47,249 nucleotides of DNA from a bacterium. GTDB lineage: Bacteria > Patescibacteriota > Minisyncoccia > Moranbacterales > UBA2206. The stretch covers positions 1 to 47,249 of the forward strand of contig JAJYBE010000001.1 of the NCBI GenBank assembly GCA_021779205.1, given 5' to 3'. The notes below the pieces were generated by a model, which worked only from the letters and a program-made list of their open reading frames with translations, did not search any database and was not told the origin of the DNA. Below are positions 1 through 8,609 of this stretch, piece by piece. Positions within the stretch are counted from its first letter, which is position 1; each line of letters starts with the position of its first letter. The translations under genes and the position numbers were made by a program.

Positions 1-798
1 TTTATACCAGCGGATTTCTTTTTCCGTAATGCCATAATCCAAAAACCACTTCCAGCGATCTTCTTTCCACGCATCATATTTTTCCTTCATCATATCGGGA
101 TGCAAAAAATATTGCATTTCCATTTGCTCAAATTCCCGCGTGCGAAAAATAAATTGGCGCGCCACAATCTCGTTGCGAAAAGCTTTGCCCACTTGCGCAA
201 TTCCGAATGGCAATTTTTTGTGCAAAGAATCAAGCGTATTTTTGTATTCCAAATAAATTCCTCCGCAAGTCTCAGGCCTGAGATAGACCACATTTTCTTC
301 TTTCAGCTCATCGGTCGGCGAACCGATGTTTGATTTTACCATCAAAGAAAAAACTTTCGCGGAAGTAAGGTCGGTCGAACCGCAATTGGCGCATTTTAAT
401 TTTTTTTCTTCGCGTAATTTATCCAAATAACCATTTAATTCATCGAGTGGCGCCTTATCGGCATTAATACCAAACTCTTCCAAAATATGATCGGCGCGAA
501 AGCGTGATTTGCATTTTCTGCAATCAACTTGCGGATCATTGAAACCGCCGACATGCCCAGACGCTACCCAAGTCGTCGGATGCATAAAAATCGCGCTGTC
601 CAAACCCACCACATCATCGCGCAATTGCACCATCGCTTTCCACCAAGCATCGCGAATATTATTTTTAAGCAATATTCCATAATGCCCATAATCATAAATC
701 GCTTGCATACCGCCATAAATTTCCGAGGAAGGATAAACAAAACCCCGCCTCTTGCAAAGCGACGCAATTTTATCCATCATCATCTGCTTGTCTTCCAT
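1..798 (-). CDS. glyQS: glycine--tRNA ligase (class II, alpha2 type); N-terminal 266 codons, 3' end runs off the window
   Basis: Own reverse-strand translation from ATG at 796-798: MEDKQMMMDKIASLCKRRGFVYPSSEIYGGMQAIYDYGHYGILLKNNIRDAWWKAMV..WVASGHVGGFNDPQVDCRKCKSRFRADH..YLRPETCGG..PFGIAQVGKAFRNEI. The frame stays open to base 1. It is missing from the ORF track because there is no stop in the window. Confidence 0.88.
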   Translation of the reverse strand, partial: MEDKQMMMDKIASLCKRRGFVYPSSEIYGGMQAIYDYGHYGILLKNNIRDAWWKAMVQLRDDVVGLDSAIFMHPTTWVASGHVGGFNDPQVDCRKCKSRFRADHILEEFGINADKAPLDELNGYLDKLREEKKLKCANCGSTDLTSAKVFSLMVKSNIGSPTDELKEENVVYLRPETCGGIYLEYKNTLDSLHKKLPFGIAQVGKAFRNEIVARQFIFRTREFEQMEMQYFLHPDMMKEKYDAWKEDRWKWFLDYGITEKEIRWYK

Positions 799-812
799 AT
801 TTTTCTATGAAT

Positions 813-1089
813 TACAAATCTGTACAAATTTACAAATATACAAATTGCAATATTCACTTAATATTTAATACTCTTTTAAATTTAACGCCTTGCTGCATAA
901 TGTTAATTAAAATTGCTAATTTCAAATTACTTGCTTTCAGATATTGCAATACTTGAATAAAATTGTTTTTTGAATAAAAATCTCCTTGTTTCAGATCTAT
1001 GATAGTTTTATCTTCAGCTAGAAAATCAAATCTATAGGCTCCAACTATCTCAATTTATTTGTATATTTGTAATTAATTTGTATTTTGTA
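813..1089 (-). mobile_element. Cassette bounded by inverted heptamer arrays, carrying a 5'-truncated GxxExxY gene
   Basis: Left array is TACAAAT x4 (units at 813-819, 823-829, 831-837, 839-845). Right array is ATTTGTA x3 plus one degenerate unit (1057-1063, 1065-1071, 1076-1082, 1083-1089). The inner 15 nt are exact reverse complements: tacaaatatacaaat at 831-845 and atttgtatatttgta at 1057-1071. Confidence 0.7.
854..1054 (-). pseudogene. GxxExxY-family (PD-(D/E)XK-like) protein, C-terminal 66 codons only, no start codon
   Basis: Own translation: IEIVGAYRFDFLAEDKTIIDLKQGDFYSKNNFIQVLQYLKASNLKLAILINIMQQGVKFKRVLNIK, then a stop. This matches the C-terminal half pattern of GxxExxY proteins (..yr.Dl.v.d..iiElK......h..Q.lnYLk...l.lgllinf......kRi). 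The N-terminal half with the GxxExxY motif is absent. Confidence 0.65.
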
Positions 1090-1276
1090 AACAAAAAATC
1101 CCGTCCCCACAATTAAAGAATAAAAGATATTCTTAAATTGCCAGAACGAGATTCATCTCGCGATTCCATCTAGCTTCTCGCCTCTTCGGCGAACACCTTA
1201 ATTCCAAATTTTCCCCTCACGGAGCCAAACCCGCAAAGTTTCTTGTACTAGGGATATGCTACACCACTTTTTTGAT

Positions 1277-1744
1277 TTAGTCAACAGGTGCAGCACTAAG
1301 TTCTATCATTCCATATGCCTCTCGAATCTCCTCTTTTAGTCCAGGAATAAATTCATAATCATCAACTTCTGCCTCAGAGATAAATTTCCACTCATCATGT
1401 TCATCAGTAATTTCCGGCTCCTTGCCATTTGTAAAACCAACAATTTCACAAACAATTTTGACACCAGGGATCTTTGGTTGCTCGGGATTATTAGTAATAA
1501 TTTCATAGGTACCTAAATTTTTGAGCATTCTTAGCGGCTTTATCTCTATGCCCAATTCCTCTCTTTGCCCACGAATCAGCGCTTCTTTAAAATTCTCTCC
1601 ATTTCTCACTTGCCCGCCGCCGCATTCCCAAAGGCTAGGATAGAGTCTCCTTTTTGAATTTCTTTTTGCAATTAGCACCTTGCCACCAAAAAAACAAATC
1701 CCTGCCACATGCACTTCAATTTTATAAATCTTATCTTCTCGCAT
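1277..1744 (-). CDS. NUDIX hydrolase
   Basis: 155-aa ORF with a Nudix box: GGGQVRNGENFKEALIRGQREELGIE (GX5EX7REUXEEXGU). Confidence 0.85.
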   Translation of the reverse strand: MREDKIYKIEVHVAGICFFGGKVLIAKRNSKRRLYPSLWECGGGQVRNGENFKEALIRGQREELGIEIKPLRMLKNLGTYEIITNNPEQPKIPGVKIVCEIVGFTNGKEPEITDEHDEWKFISEAEVDDYEFIPGLKEEIREAYGMIELSAAPVD

Positions 1745-1773
1745 AATTTTATGTTAGTTTTAAAGTTTATACC

Positions 1774-3060
1774 TTAGGCTTTTTCAATAACTTTCCGCAC
1801 CAAACTCCCGCTTTCCAACTTCTGATCAAACTCAAAATAATATTCCTTATTATGCCCACCATCAGCCACGCTTACCTCATTTTTATTATAATCCAAAATC
1901 TTTTTTATTTTAAGTTTGATATTAACTTTTGGCGTAATCGCTTCCAATTTATCTTCAATGGAAATGTGATTATGCACGCGCAAAATATTTAATTTACCTT
2001 CCACGGATTTCACCTCGCCCACAAACTGAAATTTAGCCGGATTATTTCGATTGTCAAAATTATGTTCCGGCTCGCATCCCAAAAGAAAACCAGTCGAATA
2101 TCCCCGATGGACAAGATTGTCCAGCTCTGTTTTTTGTTTTTTTATAATCACCTTAATTTCCTTCTCTGACAGATTATTTTCCAAGCCGTCAAGCACCGCA
2201 CGATAAGCCCGTGTCACTATCGCCAGATAATAGGCGCTTTTGGCGCGTCCTTCAATCTTAAATGATTCCACTCCCGCCTCGCGCAGCCCTCCGAGATGCG
2301 CCAGTAAATTCATGTCATAACTATTGAAAAAATAGGTCCCATGAGCATCCTCCTCCACATCCATCCCATAACGCTTCTGATCATCAATCACGTTTATGCT
2401 AATAAAATTCTTGCCCCCCGCATTTCTTGTTTCATGTTTCATGTTACATGTTTCATGATACGCCCATCGACACGGCTGCGAACAATCCCCCAAATTAGCA
2501 CTACGATCCGTCATCCATTTTGACAAAATGCAACGCCCAGAATAACTCATACACATTGCGCCATGCACAAAATATTCTAACTCAATATTTTTCGATTGCT
2601 TTTTGATTTCTTTTATTTCCGCGAGCGACACTTCGCGAGCGAGAATAATTCTTTTCACTCCAAGCTTTTTCCAAAACTCCACCGCGGAAAAGTTGGTCGC
2701 GTTGGCTTGTGTAGAAAGATGAATCTCACACTCGGGCCAATATTTTTGAATGAGGAGGATTATCCCGGGATCGCTCGCAATAATCGCATCGATTTTCAGC
2801 TTTTTCAAAAACTGAATGTGCTTTTTAATTTTTTCCAAATGTTGATTGTGCGCATAAATATTGAGTGTCACGTAAATTTTCTTCTTGCGCGCATGCACAT
2901 ATTCCACCGCTTTTTTCAAATCATCATTCGAAAACCGATTAATCCGCACCCGCAAAGAAAAATCCGGCACACCGCAATAGACAGCGTCCGCGCCATAGGC
3001 AAGGGCGTATTTTAGTTTTTCTAAATCTCCCGCCGGCGCAAGTAGTTCAATATGTTTCAT
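1774..3060 (-). CDS. Peptidase U32 family protein
   Basis: 428-aa ORF. N-terminus is MKHIELLAPAGDLEKLKYALAYGADAVYCG, and the U32 signature is EYFVHGAMCMSYSGRC. Confidence 0.85.
   Translation of the reverse strand: MKHIELLAPAGDLEKLKYALAYGADAVYCGVPDFSLRVRINRFSNDDLKKAVEYVHARKKKIYVTLNIYAHNQHLEKIKKHIQFLKKLKIDAIIASDPGIILLIQKYWPECEIHLSTQANATNFSAVEFWKKLGVKRIILAREVSLAEIKEIKKQSKNIELEYFVHGAMCMSYSGRCILSKWMTDRSANLGDCSQPCRWAYHETCNMKHETRNAGGKNFISINVIDDQKRYGMDVEEDAHGTYFFNSYDMNLLAHLGGLREAGVESFKIEGRAKSAYYLAIVTRAYRAVLDGLENNLSEKEIKVIIKKQKTELDNLVHRGYSTGFLLGCEPEHNFDNRNNPAKFQFVGEVKSVEGKLNILRVHNHISIEDKLEAITPKVNIKLKIKKILDYNKNEVSVADGGHNKEYYFEFDQKLESGSLVRKVIEKA
2429..2456. repeat. Heptamer tandem array GTTTCAT x4 (one unit is GTTACAT) inside the U32 ORF
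   Basis: Direct reading: gtttcat gtttcat gttacat gtttcat. It encodes HETCNMKHET on the minus strand. Confidence 0.8.
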
Positions 3061-3063
3061 AGT

Positions 3064-3155
3064 AATTCTAAATTTTCAATTTAAAATTTTAATTCAAGTC
3101 TAAATTGCTAAATTTAAAAAATTAAAACATTTAAAATTCATTTCAAATTTCTAAT
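3064..3155. repeat. AT-rich low-complexity spacer built from AATTTYN-like units between U32 and tgt
   Basis: Sequence: aattctaaattttcaatttaaaattttaatt...aaaattcatttcaaatttctaattt. The unit flavour is the same as the arrays inside tgt, uvrA and uvrC. Confidence 0.5.
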
Positions 3156-4367
3156 TTAGCCTTTCAAATTCTCTCTGAGTTTCTCCATCAAATCCATATA
3201 AAATTTCAAATTATGCATTGCAGCGAGGCGCATCGCCAATGAGTCTTTCATGGCAAAGAGGTGGTGAAGATAACTGCGCGTATAATTCCGACACAAAGCG
3301 CAATCACAATCAGCATCCACCGGCCCAAAATCTTCCTTGAATTTTCCATTATTAATATTTATCGTTTCATAGAATGATTCCGTATCTGTATTCTTTTTAT
3401 TATTTAAAATTTGGTCATTTAGATTTGCTTGAAAATTACCAGCCCTAGGCTGGTCCGCCTTGGGCGGAAAAATTGAAAATTTAAAATTGCTTTTTCGCAG
3501 GAAAAGTCTCCCATGCCTTCCCTCTCTTGTTGGAATCACGCAATCAAACATATCCCAACCGCACTCAATAAATTTAACGATATCCGCCGGTGTTCCCACG
3601 CCCAGCGCAAAACGCAACGCCCGCTCCGGGATAAGCTCGGCGGTTTCCCGCACAATATCTTCCATAAAATTGCCATCGACATCAACATGTCGTGCACCAA
3701 AACCGTAACCATCAAAGCCGATCTTTGCTAATTCCTCTGCGCAATATTTTCGCAAATCAGCGTGTCCCCCGCCTTGAATAACGCCAAAGATCAGCGGCCG
3801 CTTGGAAGCTGATATTTTTCTCGCTTTCAATTGTTTTTCATATTCCACCTTGCACCGCGCTGCCCAGCGGACTGTCCGCTCGACTGCGTCCCTGATTTTT
3901 TCTTTTGTGTAACTATTTGGTGGAACATCATCCAAAACCACCATCATGTCAACCCCCAAATCAAATTGAATCTGAATTGATTTTTCCGGCGAAATAACAT
4001 GCATTGAACCGTCCAAGGGAGATTTAAAAATTACCGCTTCATCGGTGATTTTCCCCATTTCCGGATTTTTGTGAATCAAGGAAAAAACTTGATAGCCTCC
4101 GGAATCAGACAAGAGCGGCGCATGCCAGTTCATAAACTCATGAATTCCTCCGGCATTTTTGATAAGTTCCGTCCCGGGCTGAAGATATAAATGATAGGTA
4201 TTTACAACCATAGGATTCACACCCACCGAAGACAAATCGTCACGATCAAGCGATTTTACAAAACCACGCGTTGCATCAGGCATAAAAAACGGGGTATTAA
4301 GTACTCCGTTTTTCGTCTTAATTTGACCGCCTCTTGCAGTACTTTTTTTTGCAATCAATTTGAACAT
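3156..4367 (-). CDS. tgt: tRNA-guanine transglycosylase (queuine tRNA-ribosyltransferase) with an insertion of about 42 aa
   Basis: 403-aa ORF with LLSDSGGYQVFSL, DCVIPTREGRHG and the zinc site CDCALCRNYTRSYLHHL. The start overlaps the stop of the upstream gene (TAATG at 4365-4369). Confidence 0.9.
   Translation of the reverse strand: MFKLIAKKSTARGGQIKTKNGVLNTPFFMPDATRGFVKSLDRDDLSSVGVNPMVVNTYHLYLQPGTELIKNAGGIHEFMNWHAPLLSDSGGYQVFSLIHKNPEMGKITDEAVIFKSPLDGSMHVISPEKSIQIQFDLGVDMMVVLDDVPPNSYTKEKIRDAVERTVRWAARCKVEYEKQLKARKISASKRPLIFGVIQGGGHADLRKYCAEELAKIGFDGYGFGARHVDVDGNFMEDIVRETAELIPERALRFALGVGTPADIVKFIECGWDMFDCVIPTREGRHGRLFLRKSNFKFSIFPPKADQPRAGNFQANLNDQILNNKKNTDTESFYETININNGKFKEDFGPVDADCDCALCRNYTRSYLHHLFAMKDSLAMRLAAMHNLKFYMDLMEKLRENLKG
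3431..3490. repeat. GC-rich double hairpin flanked by GAAAATT-type units, in frame inside tgt
   Basis: Sequence: gaaaatt-ACCAGCCCTAGGCTGGTCCGCCTTGGGCGG-aaaaattgaaaatttaaaatt. The two stems are ccagc/gctgg and ccgcc/ggcgg. Confidence 0.75.
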
Positions 4368-6271
4368 TAATTTACTATTTCATATTTACCGCCTAAACCA
4401 CTATCTTCAGGAAGTCGTGTAGTTTTACCTGCAACTGTAGCAGAAATATTCTCTCCCGTAAATGAATCCTTGGCAGAAAACACTGATTCATTGAGTAATG
4501 GTGCTTCCTTTCTAAATTGATCAATGGAAGGTTTAATTTTTATCTGAAAAGCCACTTCCTTTGCCGGAGAAGATATTCCTGCGCCCGCAGGCAGATTGCC
4601 GATATTCCAAACGATTGAATTTAATCTTTCATCATAGAACAATGGCGATCCTTCAGGAAAGAAAACCCCTGTCACACTAACTGAAGTCGGCAAAACAGAC
4701 TCCACCTTTGCAGTCTCAATGTCATTGGAAACGTTTGAAGCGATAAAATGTATTGTATAGGTTGTTTCTTGGGAAACTGCAGGAGGAATTGGTCCTGAAT
4801 TTGGAATCTTGGAATCGTTATAGTAACCCTTGACATCAAGAACCAGCTTGGAATTCAATTTGATATCCATCTTGTTTCCAGAGATAATCTTATTCATGCT
4901 TATCGGCGTTGGGATATCGGGACTATCTATTTTTGCCAAACTGGAAATGACAAAATTTTTATCATTAGTGCTCGCCACCGGAATAACGCCCTTAACCCCG
5001 ATTGAAAATGCAATCACACCTCCCTGGCCGGCGGCCAAGTTTTTTAGCTCCTTATGATCTGAAGCTTTCCAGGTAATAGTTTTGTTGTTGGCATCATATG
5101 CACCTCCGTCAATATCAAGGGTCGAGTAGTCCAAGACAGTGCTATCGATATGTTCAGTAATAATCACATCCCGCAGTCCCAATGCCCCTTCGTTTTTATA
5201 ATTTATCTTAAATCGCAGCATTTCCCCGGCATTTGCCGTTAGACTTTTTAAATCATTGACGGTTTGCACTATGGTCAATGGTGAAGAAATAATCTTAGTC
5301 TGCACACTCTCTTCATTGTAGCTGATAAATTCACCGTTATTATTAGCACCGATTGTTACTCTTGCTGTTTTTATCTCATCTCGATTCCCCCCAAGCTTTC
5401 CTGCTGCTACTATTTTTCCACTCTGCCCAGCCGACAAACTGCCAATATACCAAATATTATTTCCCTCCAGCGCTCGCGGATCAGAGCTGGAAAAGGTGAA
5501 ATTATCAGGATAATCAATCTTAACTTTTATGTTTTCAAGATTTTCCGCTCCTTCGTTTTTATAGGTGATTAAGTAATTCACCTCATCATTAGCGGAAATG
5601 CTTTGAGGTGCCGCAACTTCAAGTGTTATTGGAGCAGAAATCACACCCACTGATAATTGATCGCCAGTTACAAATGTCGTGCTAACAGTAGATGGCGCAT
5701 ATGACAAATCAGCCTTAATCTTAATTAGATTTCCACGAGGACTATATGCTTGACCGCTAAAAACAACCGACCCCTCGCTTTTGCCTTTAATATCAGCAAG
5801 GCTTATCATGCTAACCATCGTACCATCACTCTTGAAGTCAGTATTGCCTTCCGGCTTAAAGTCTTCGGAATAAGTCATTTTAAGCACGACGTTTTTCAAG
5901 TCAGCCATGTTGTCATTTTTATATTTTATCGCATAAGCAACCAAGTTACCACTTCTGACTTCAGTTGGGCCGTTCAGAGAAACAGCTACTCGATCAACAC
6001 TAAAAAGGGATTGCTTGATTTTGTAGAACCCCACTGCAATCACAACAATCAAAAGCAATCCGCCAATAATAAACGCTCCTTTTTTGATAATTTTTTTATC
6101 TTCCTTTTCAATCATTTCCCCCTTTTCCAACCACTCATCTTTTGGCAAATCCATTTTTTCCGGAGAAGTAAATACTACTGATTTAGCATCAAATTCACTT
6201 TTTTCATGCTGCAACAATTCTTTATTCGGTTCTTTTTTATAAAGTTCGTTTTGGATTTCATTGAGCGACAT
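4367..6271 (-). CDS. Membrane-anchored surface protein with DUF11/CARDB-like repeats
   Basis: 634-aa ORF with an N-terminal TM segment (GAFIIGGLLLIVVIAVGFY). Repeat modules recur: VAYAIKYKNDNMADLKNVVL, VNYLITYKNEGAENLENIKV, LRFKINYKNEGALGLRDVII, TYTIHFIASNVSNDIETAKV. Confidence 0.6.
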   Translation of the reverse strand: MSLNEIQNELYKKEPNKELLQHEKSEFDAKSVVFTSPEKMDLPKDEWLEKGEMIEKEDKKIIKKGAFIIGGLLLIVVIAVGFYKIKQSLFSVDRVAVSLNGPTEVRSGNLVAYAIKYKNDNMADLKNVVLKMTYSEDFKPEGNTDFKSDGTMVSMISLADIKGKSEGSVVFSGQAYSPRGNLIKIKADLSYAPSTVSTTFVTGDQLSVGVISAPITLEVAAPQSISANDEVNYLITYKNEGAENLENIKVKIDYPDNFTFSSSDPRALEGNNIWYIGSLSAGQSGKIVAAGKLGGNRDEIKTARVTIGANNNGEFISYNEESVQTKIISSPLTIVQTVNDLKSLTANAGEMLRFKINYKNEGALGLRDVIITEHIDSTVLDYSTLDIDGGAYDANNKTITWKASDHKELKNLAAGQGGVIAFSIGVKGVIPVASTNDKNFVISSLAKIDSPDIPTPISMNKIISGNKMDIKLNSKLVLDVKGYYNDSKIPNSGPIPPAVSQETTYTIHFIASNVSNDIETAKVESVLPTSVSVTGVFFPEGSPLFYDERLNSIVWNIGNLPAGAGISSPAKEVAFQIKIKPSIDQFRKEAPLLNESVFSAKDSFTGENISATVAGKTTRLPEDSGLGGKYEIVN

Positions 6272-6378
6272 AATTCTTTTTTACCAATCGGCATACCGCG
6301 TATCGGTAGCCGGAGATTTATTTGCTATTCTTTCTTGATTTTACAGCATTAGCTAAAGTTAATCAAATATTCGGGATG

Positions 6379-6407
6379 TTGACAATTCTCCTTCGAAAAA
6401 ATAGACT
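6379..6407 (+). promoter_or_regulatory. Candidate sigma70-type promoter for comFC
   Basis: TTGACA (6379-6384), a 17-nt spacer, then TAGACT (6402-6407), about 20 nt before the ATG at 6428. Confidence 0.4.
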
Positions 6408-6427
6408 TAAAATAAATCTTCCCGCAA

Positions 6428-7201
6428 ATGCAACTATCAAAAAATATCAAAAAACCAATTATTGCTTGCCGGATTCTAAACACTTTTTTTCTTGATTCCC
6501 TCTTTCCCATCACATGCCTCGTTTGCCATAAAAAAAATACCTGGCTTTGCCAGGAATGCATGGAAAAATTTCCCCTTCTTTCTTTTCAGCTTTGTCCATA
6601 TTGCGAGAAAGAAATTACCCAAAATGGCACTATTTGCAAAAAATGCCAAAGAAATCAATTCGAAAAAAAATCCCCACTGCAGTTAAATGCCTTAATCTGT
6701 GCCACAGATTACCAAAAAATATCCAAACTTGTCCATTTGTTCAAATATAATTTCGTTATCGATCTGGGTACCCCTTTGGGGAAAATAATTGCGAAGGCTT
6801 TGCAAAAAAATGAAGCTCCCTTGCCCGATTTTATCATACCCGTTCCTATTCACAGGCGCAAATTAAAGTGGCGCGGATTTAATCAGGCAGAAATTCTCGC
6901 AAACTCCATCAGTCAAAATTTAACCCCAGGGCTTCATCTTCCCGTTCGAACCGATTTGATTTTTCGCCAAAAGAAAACCCGTGCACAAATGAAGATAAAA
7001 GATTATCATGAAAGATTGAGCAATCTCCATAATGCTTTTGCCACTTTCCCTCAAGCAGAAAAAGCGGTTTCCGGCAAGAAAATCCTACTTGTCGATGATA
7101 TCGCCACTACTGGCGCGACTCTCTTTGAGTGCGCAAAAATTCTAAAAGCCACTGGAGCAAAAGAAGTTACCGGCGCAATCATTGCAAGGCAAAAAATCTA
7201 G
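6428..7201 (+). CDS. comFC: ComF family protein (phosphoribosyltransferase domain, competence)
   Basis: N-terminal Cys clusters (CLVCHKK..CQEC, CPYCEKE..CKKC), IIPVPIHRRKLKWRGFNQAE, and the PRTase motif ILLVDDIATTGATL. Confidence 0.85.
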   Translation: MQLSKNIKKPIIACRILNTFFLDSLFPITCLVCHKKNTWLCQECMEKFPLLSFQLCPYCEKEITQNGTICKKCQRNQFEKKSPLQLNALICATDYQKISKLVHLFKYNFVIDLGTPLGKIIAKALQKNEAPLPDFIIPVPIHRRKLKWRGFNQAEILANSISQNLTPGLHLPVRTDLIFRQKKTRAQMKIKDYHERLSNLHNAFATFPQAEKAVSGKKILLVDDIATTGATLFECAKILKATGAKEVTGAIIARQKI

Positions 7202-7878
7202 ACTGCATTTTCTTCCATCCCCGTCTCATAAAAAAGCTTGTGATCTGCACGAAACAAGTGCCTACCGATACGATAAAGACTGTGCGTGATAAAGAAAGCG
7301 GCGACAACATCAATTGAATAATGCAAATGCCCGAGAATCATACTTGCGCCAAATAGGAACGATCCAAATAAAAAAACATAGCGCAAAACTTTATTTTCCC
7401 AAAAAATTAGCGCCAATAAAAAGGGCATGCCGGTGTGGCCAGAAAAAAACATATCATTACCCGAAGCAATTCCGGACAAAATATCGTGCTTGCTGAGATA
7501 AGAATGATTTGGAATCGGACCTAAATGCGTAAGAGAAATAAAAATGGAACGAATAAAAATAAAAAAAGCGATATTTTTGAGCACATAAGGAATTCTTTGC
7601 GGTTTAACGAGCAACAAAACGATTACCAGCCAAATAAAAACCCAAGCCACCTCATTGACAATAAAATTCACATTTGCTATCGGCAAATTATCCAGAAGGA
7701 TATCCGTAACATGATTGCCGGCGCTTCTGTCAACATAGATTGAGGTATAGTGATTAATCATGATACTGCCGGAGAAAAAAAGGAGTCCAAACATGATAGA
7801 CTCCAAAACCTCCCTTTGTTTCCAGAAATGATTATTTCCTAGAAATATTTTTTTCAAATTGAGTATCAAGTTTTTCAT
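7198..7878 (-). CDS. PAP2_C / sphingomyelin-synthase-like membrane protein
   Basis: 226-aa polytopic ORF with motifs FFSGHTGMPF and GHLHYSIDVVAAF. Confidence 0.55.
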   Translation of the reverse strand: MKNLILNLKKIFLGNNHFWKQREVLESIMFGLLFFSGSIMINHYTSIYVDRSAGNHVTDILLDNLPIANVNFIVNEVAWVFIWLVIVLLLVKPQRIPYVLKNIAFFIFIRSIFISLTHLGPIPNHSYLSKHDILSGIASGNDMFFSGHTGMPFLLALIFWENKVLRYVFLFGSFLFGASMILGHLHYSIDVVAAFFITHSLYRIGRHLFRADHKLFYETGMEENAV

Positions 7879-8609
7879 CTTATATCTTTATATTTTTTAG
7901 AAAAAGGCTTACGAAAGATAATCACCCAAAAATGATTAATAACATATTTGGCGGCCGTAGAAACAAGCCCCTCTCCAGAAAATCTTCTCGCCGAGGTGCG
8001 CATGGGAAAGAGAAAGGAAAACTTGACTTGACCCATTTTTTGAATTCTTTTCGCCACGTCTGTATCCTCGCCGTAAAAACCAATACGCACATCAAACCCG
8101 CCGATTTTTTCGAGAGCAGAACGCCTAAGTACGAAATTACCACCCTGAAGCATTGCGCCCTTTTGAAGAATATAGTGATTAAAGAGATGACCGGCATAAC
8201 CTACTAGATAATACGACCAAACCATAAAATTGACCCACGACGATCTGTCATAATAAATATATGGGCCACTCAGCGCGACCAGCTTTTTGTTTTTGGAAAA
8301 TTCCAAAAGCGCTCTCTCGATCCAACCAGGCGCTAGAATGCTATCCGCGTCAATATTGGCAATAATTTCTCCCGAGGAGACCAAAAAACCAGCTTGACGC
8401 GCTTGCGAAAGACCCTTTCGCAATTCGTCCACAAGCAAGACGCCCGGGCGAGCCAGAATGACCTCTCTTGTACCATCCGTACTAGCATTATTCACTGCAA
8501 TCACTTCAGCATCAACTTTGCTGCGGTTTATTTCGCGAAAAATTGAGTCTAAGCATTTTCCAATATACTTCTCTTCATTATAGGCCGGAACGACAAAGCT
8601 AATTTTCAT
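7875..8609 (-). CDS. Glycosyltransferase family 2
   Basis: MKISFVVPAYNEEKYIGKCLDSI, then NIDADS. The gene overlaps its neighbours by 4 nt on both sides, which suggests an operon. Confidence 0.85.
   Translation of the reverse strand: MKISFVVPAYNEEKYIGKCLDSIFREINRSKVDAEVIAVNNASTDGTREVILARPGVLLVDELRKGLSQARQAGFLVSSGEIIANIDADSILAPGWIERALLEFSKNKKLVALSGPYIYYDRSSWVNFMVWSYYLVGYAGHLFNHYILQKGAMLQGGNFVLRRSALEKIGGFDVRIGFYGEDTDVAKRIQKMGQVKFSFLFPMRTSARRFSGEGLVSTAAKYVINHFWVIIFRKPFSKKYKDIR

Noticed and set aside
90-810. Track ORFs 90-293(-), 100-333(+), 529-810(+) and 564-767(-).
   Set aside because: All lie inside the glyQS coding region, either in other frames or antisense. The true frame, open from 798 to base 1, has clear GlyRS motifs.
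1090-1276. T-box leader for glyQS.
   Set aside because: The best candidate string, AATTAAGGTGTTCGCCGAAG, matches the T-box consensus (AATNAGGGTGGNACCRCG) poorly. I could not draw a terminator/antiterminator pair or a specifier-loop context. The region is also separated from the gene by the heptamer cassette.
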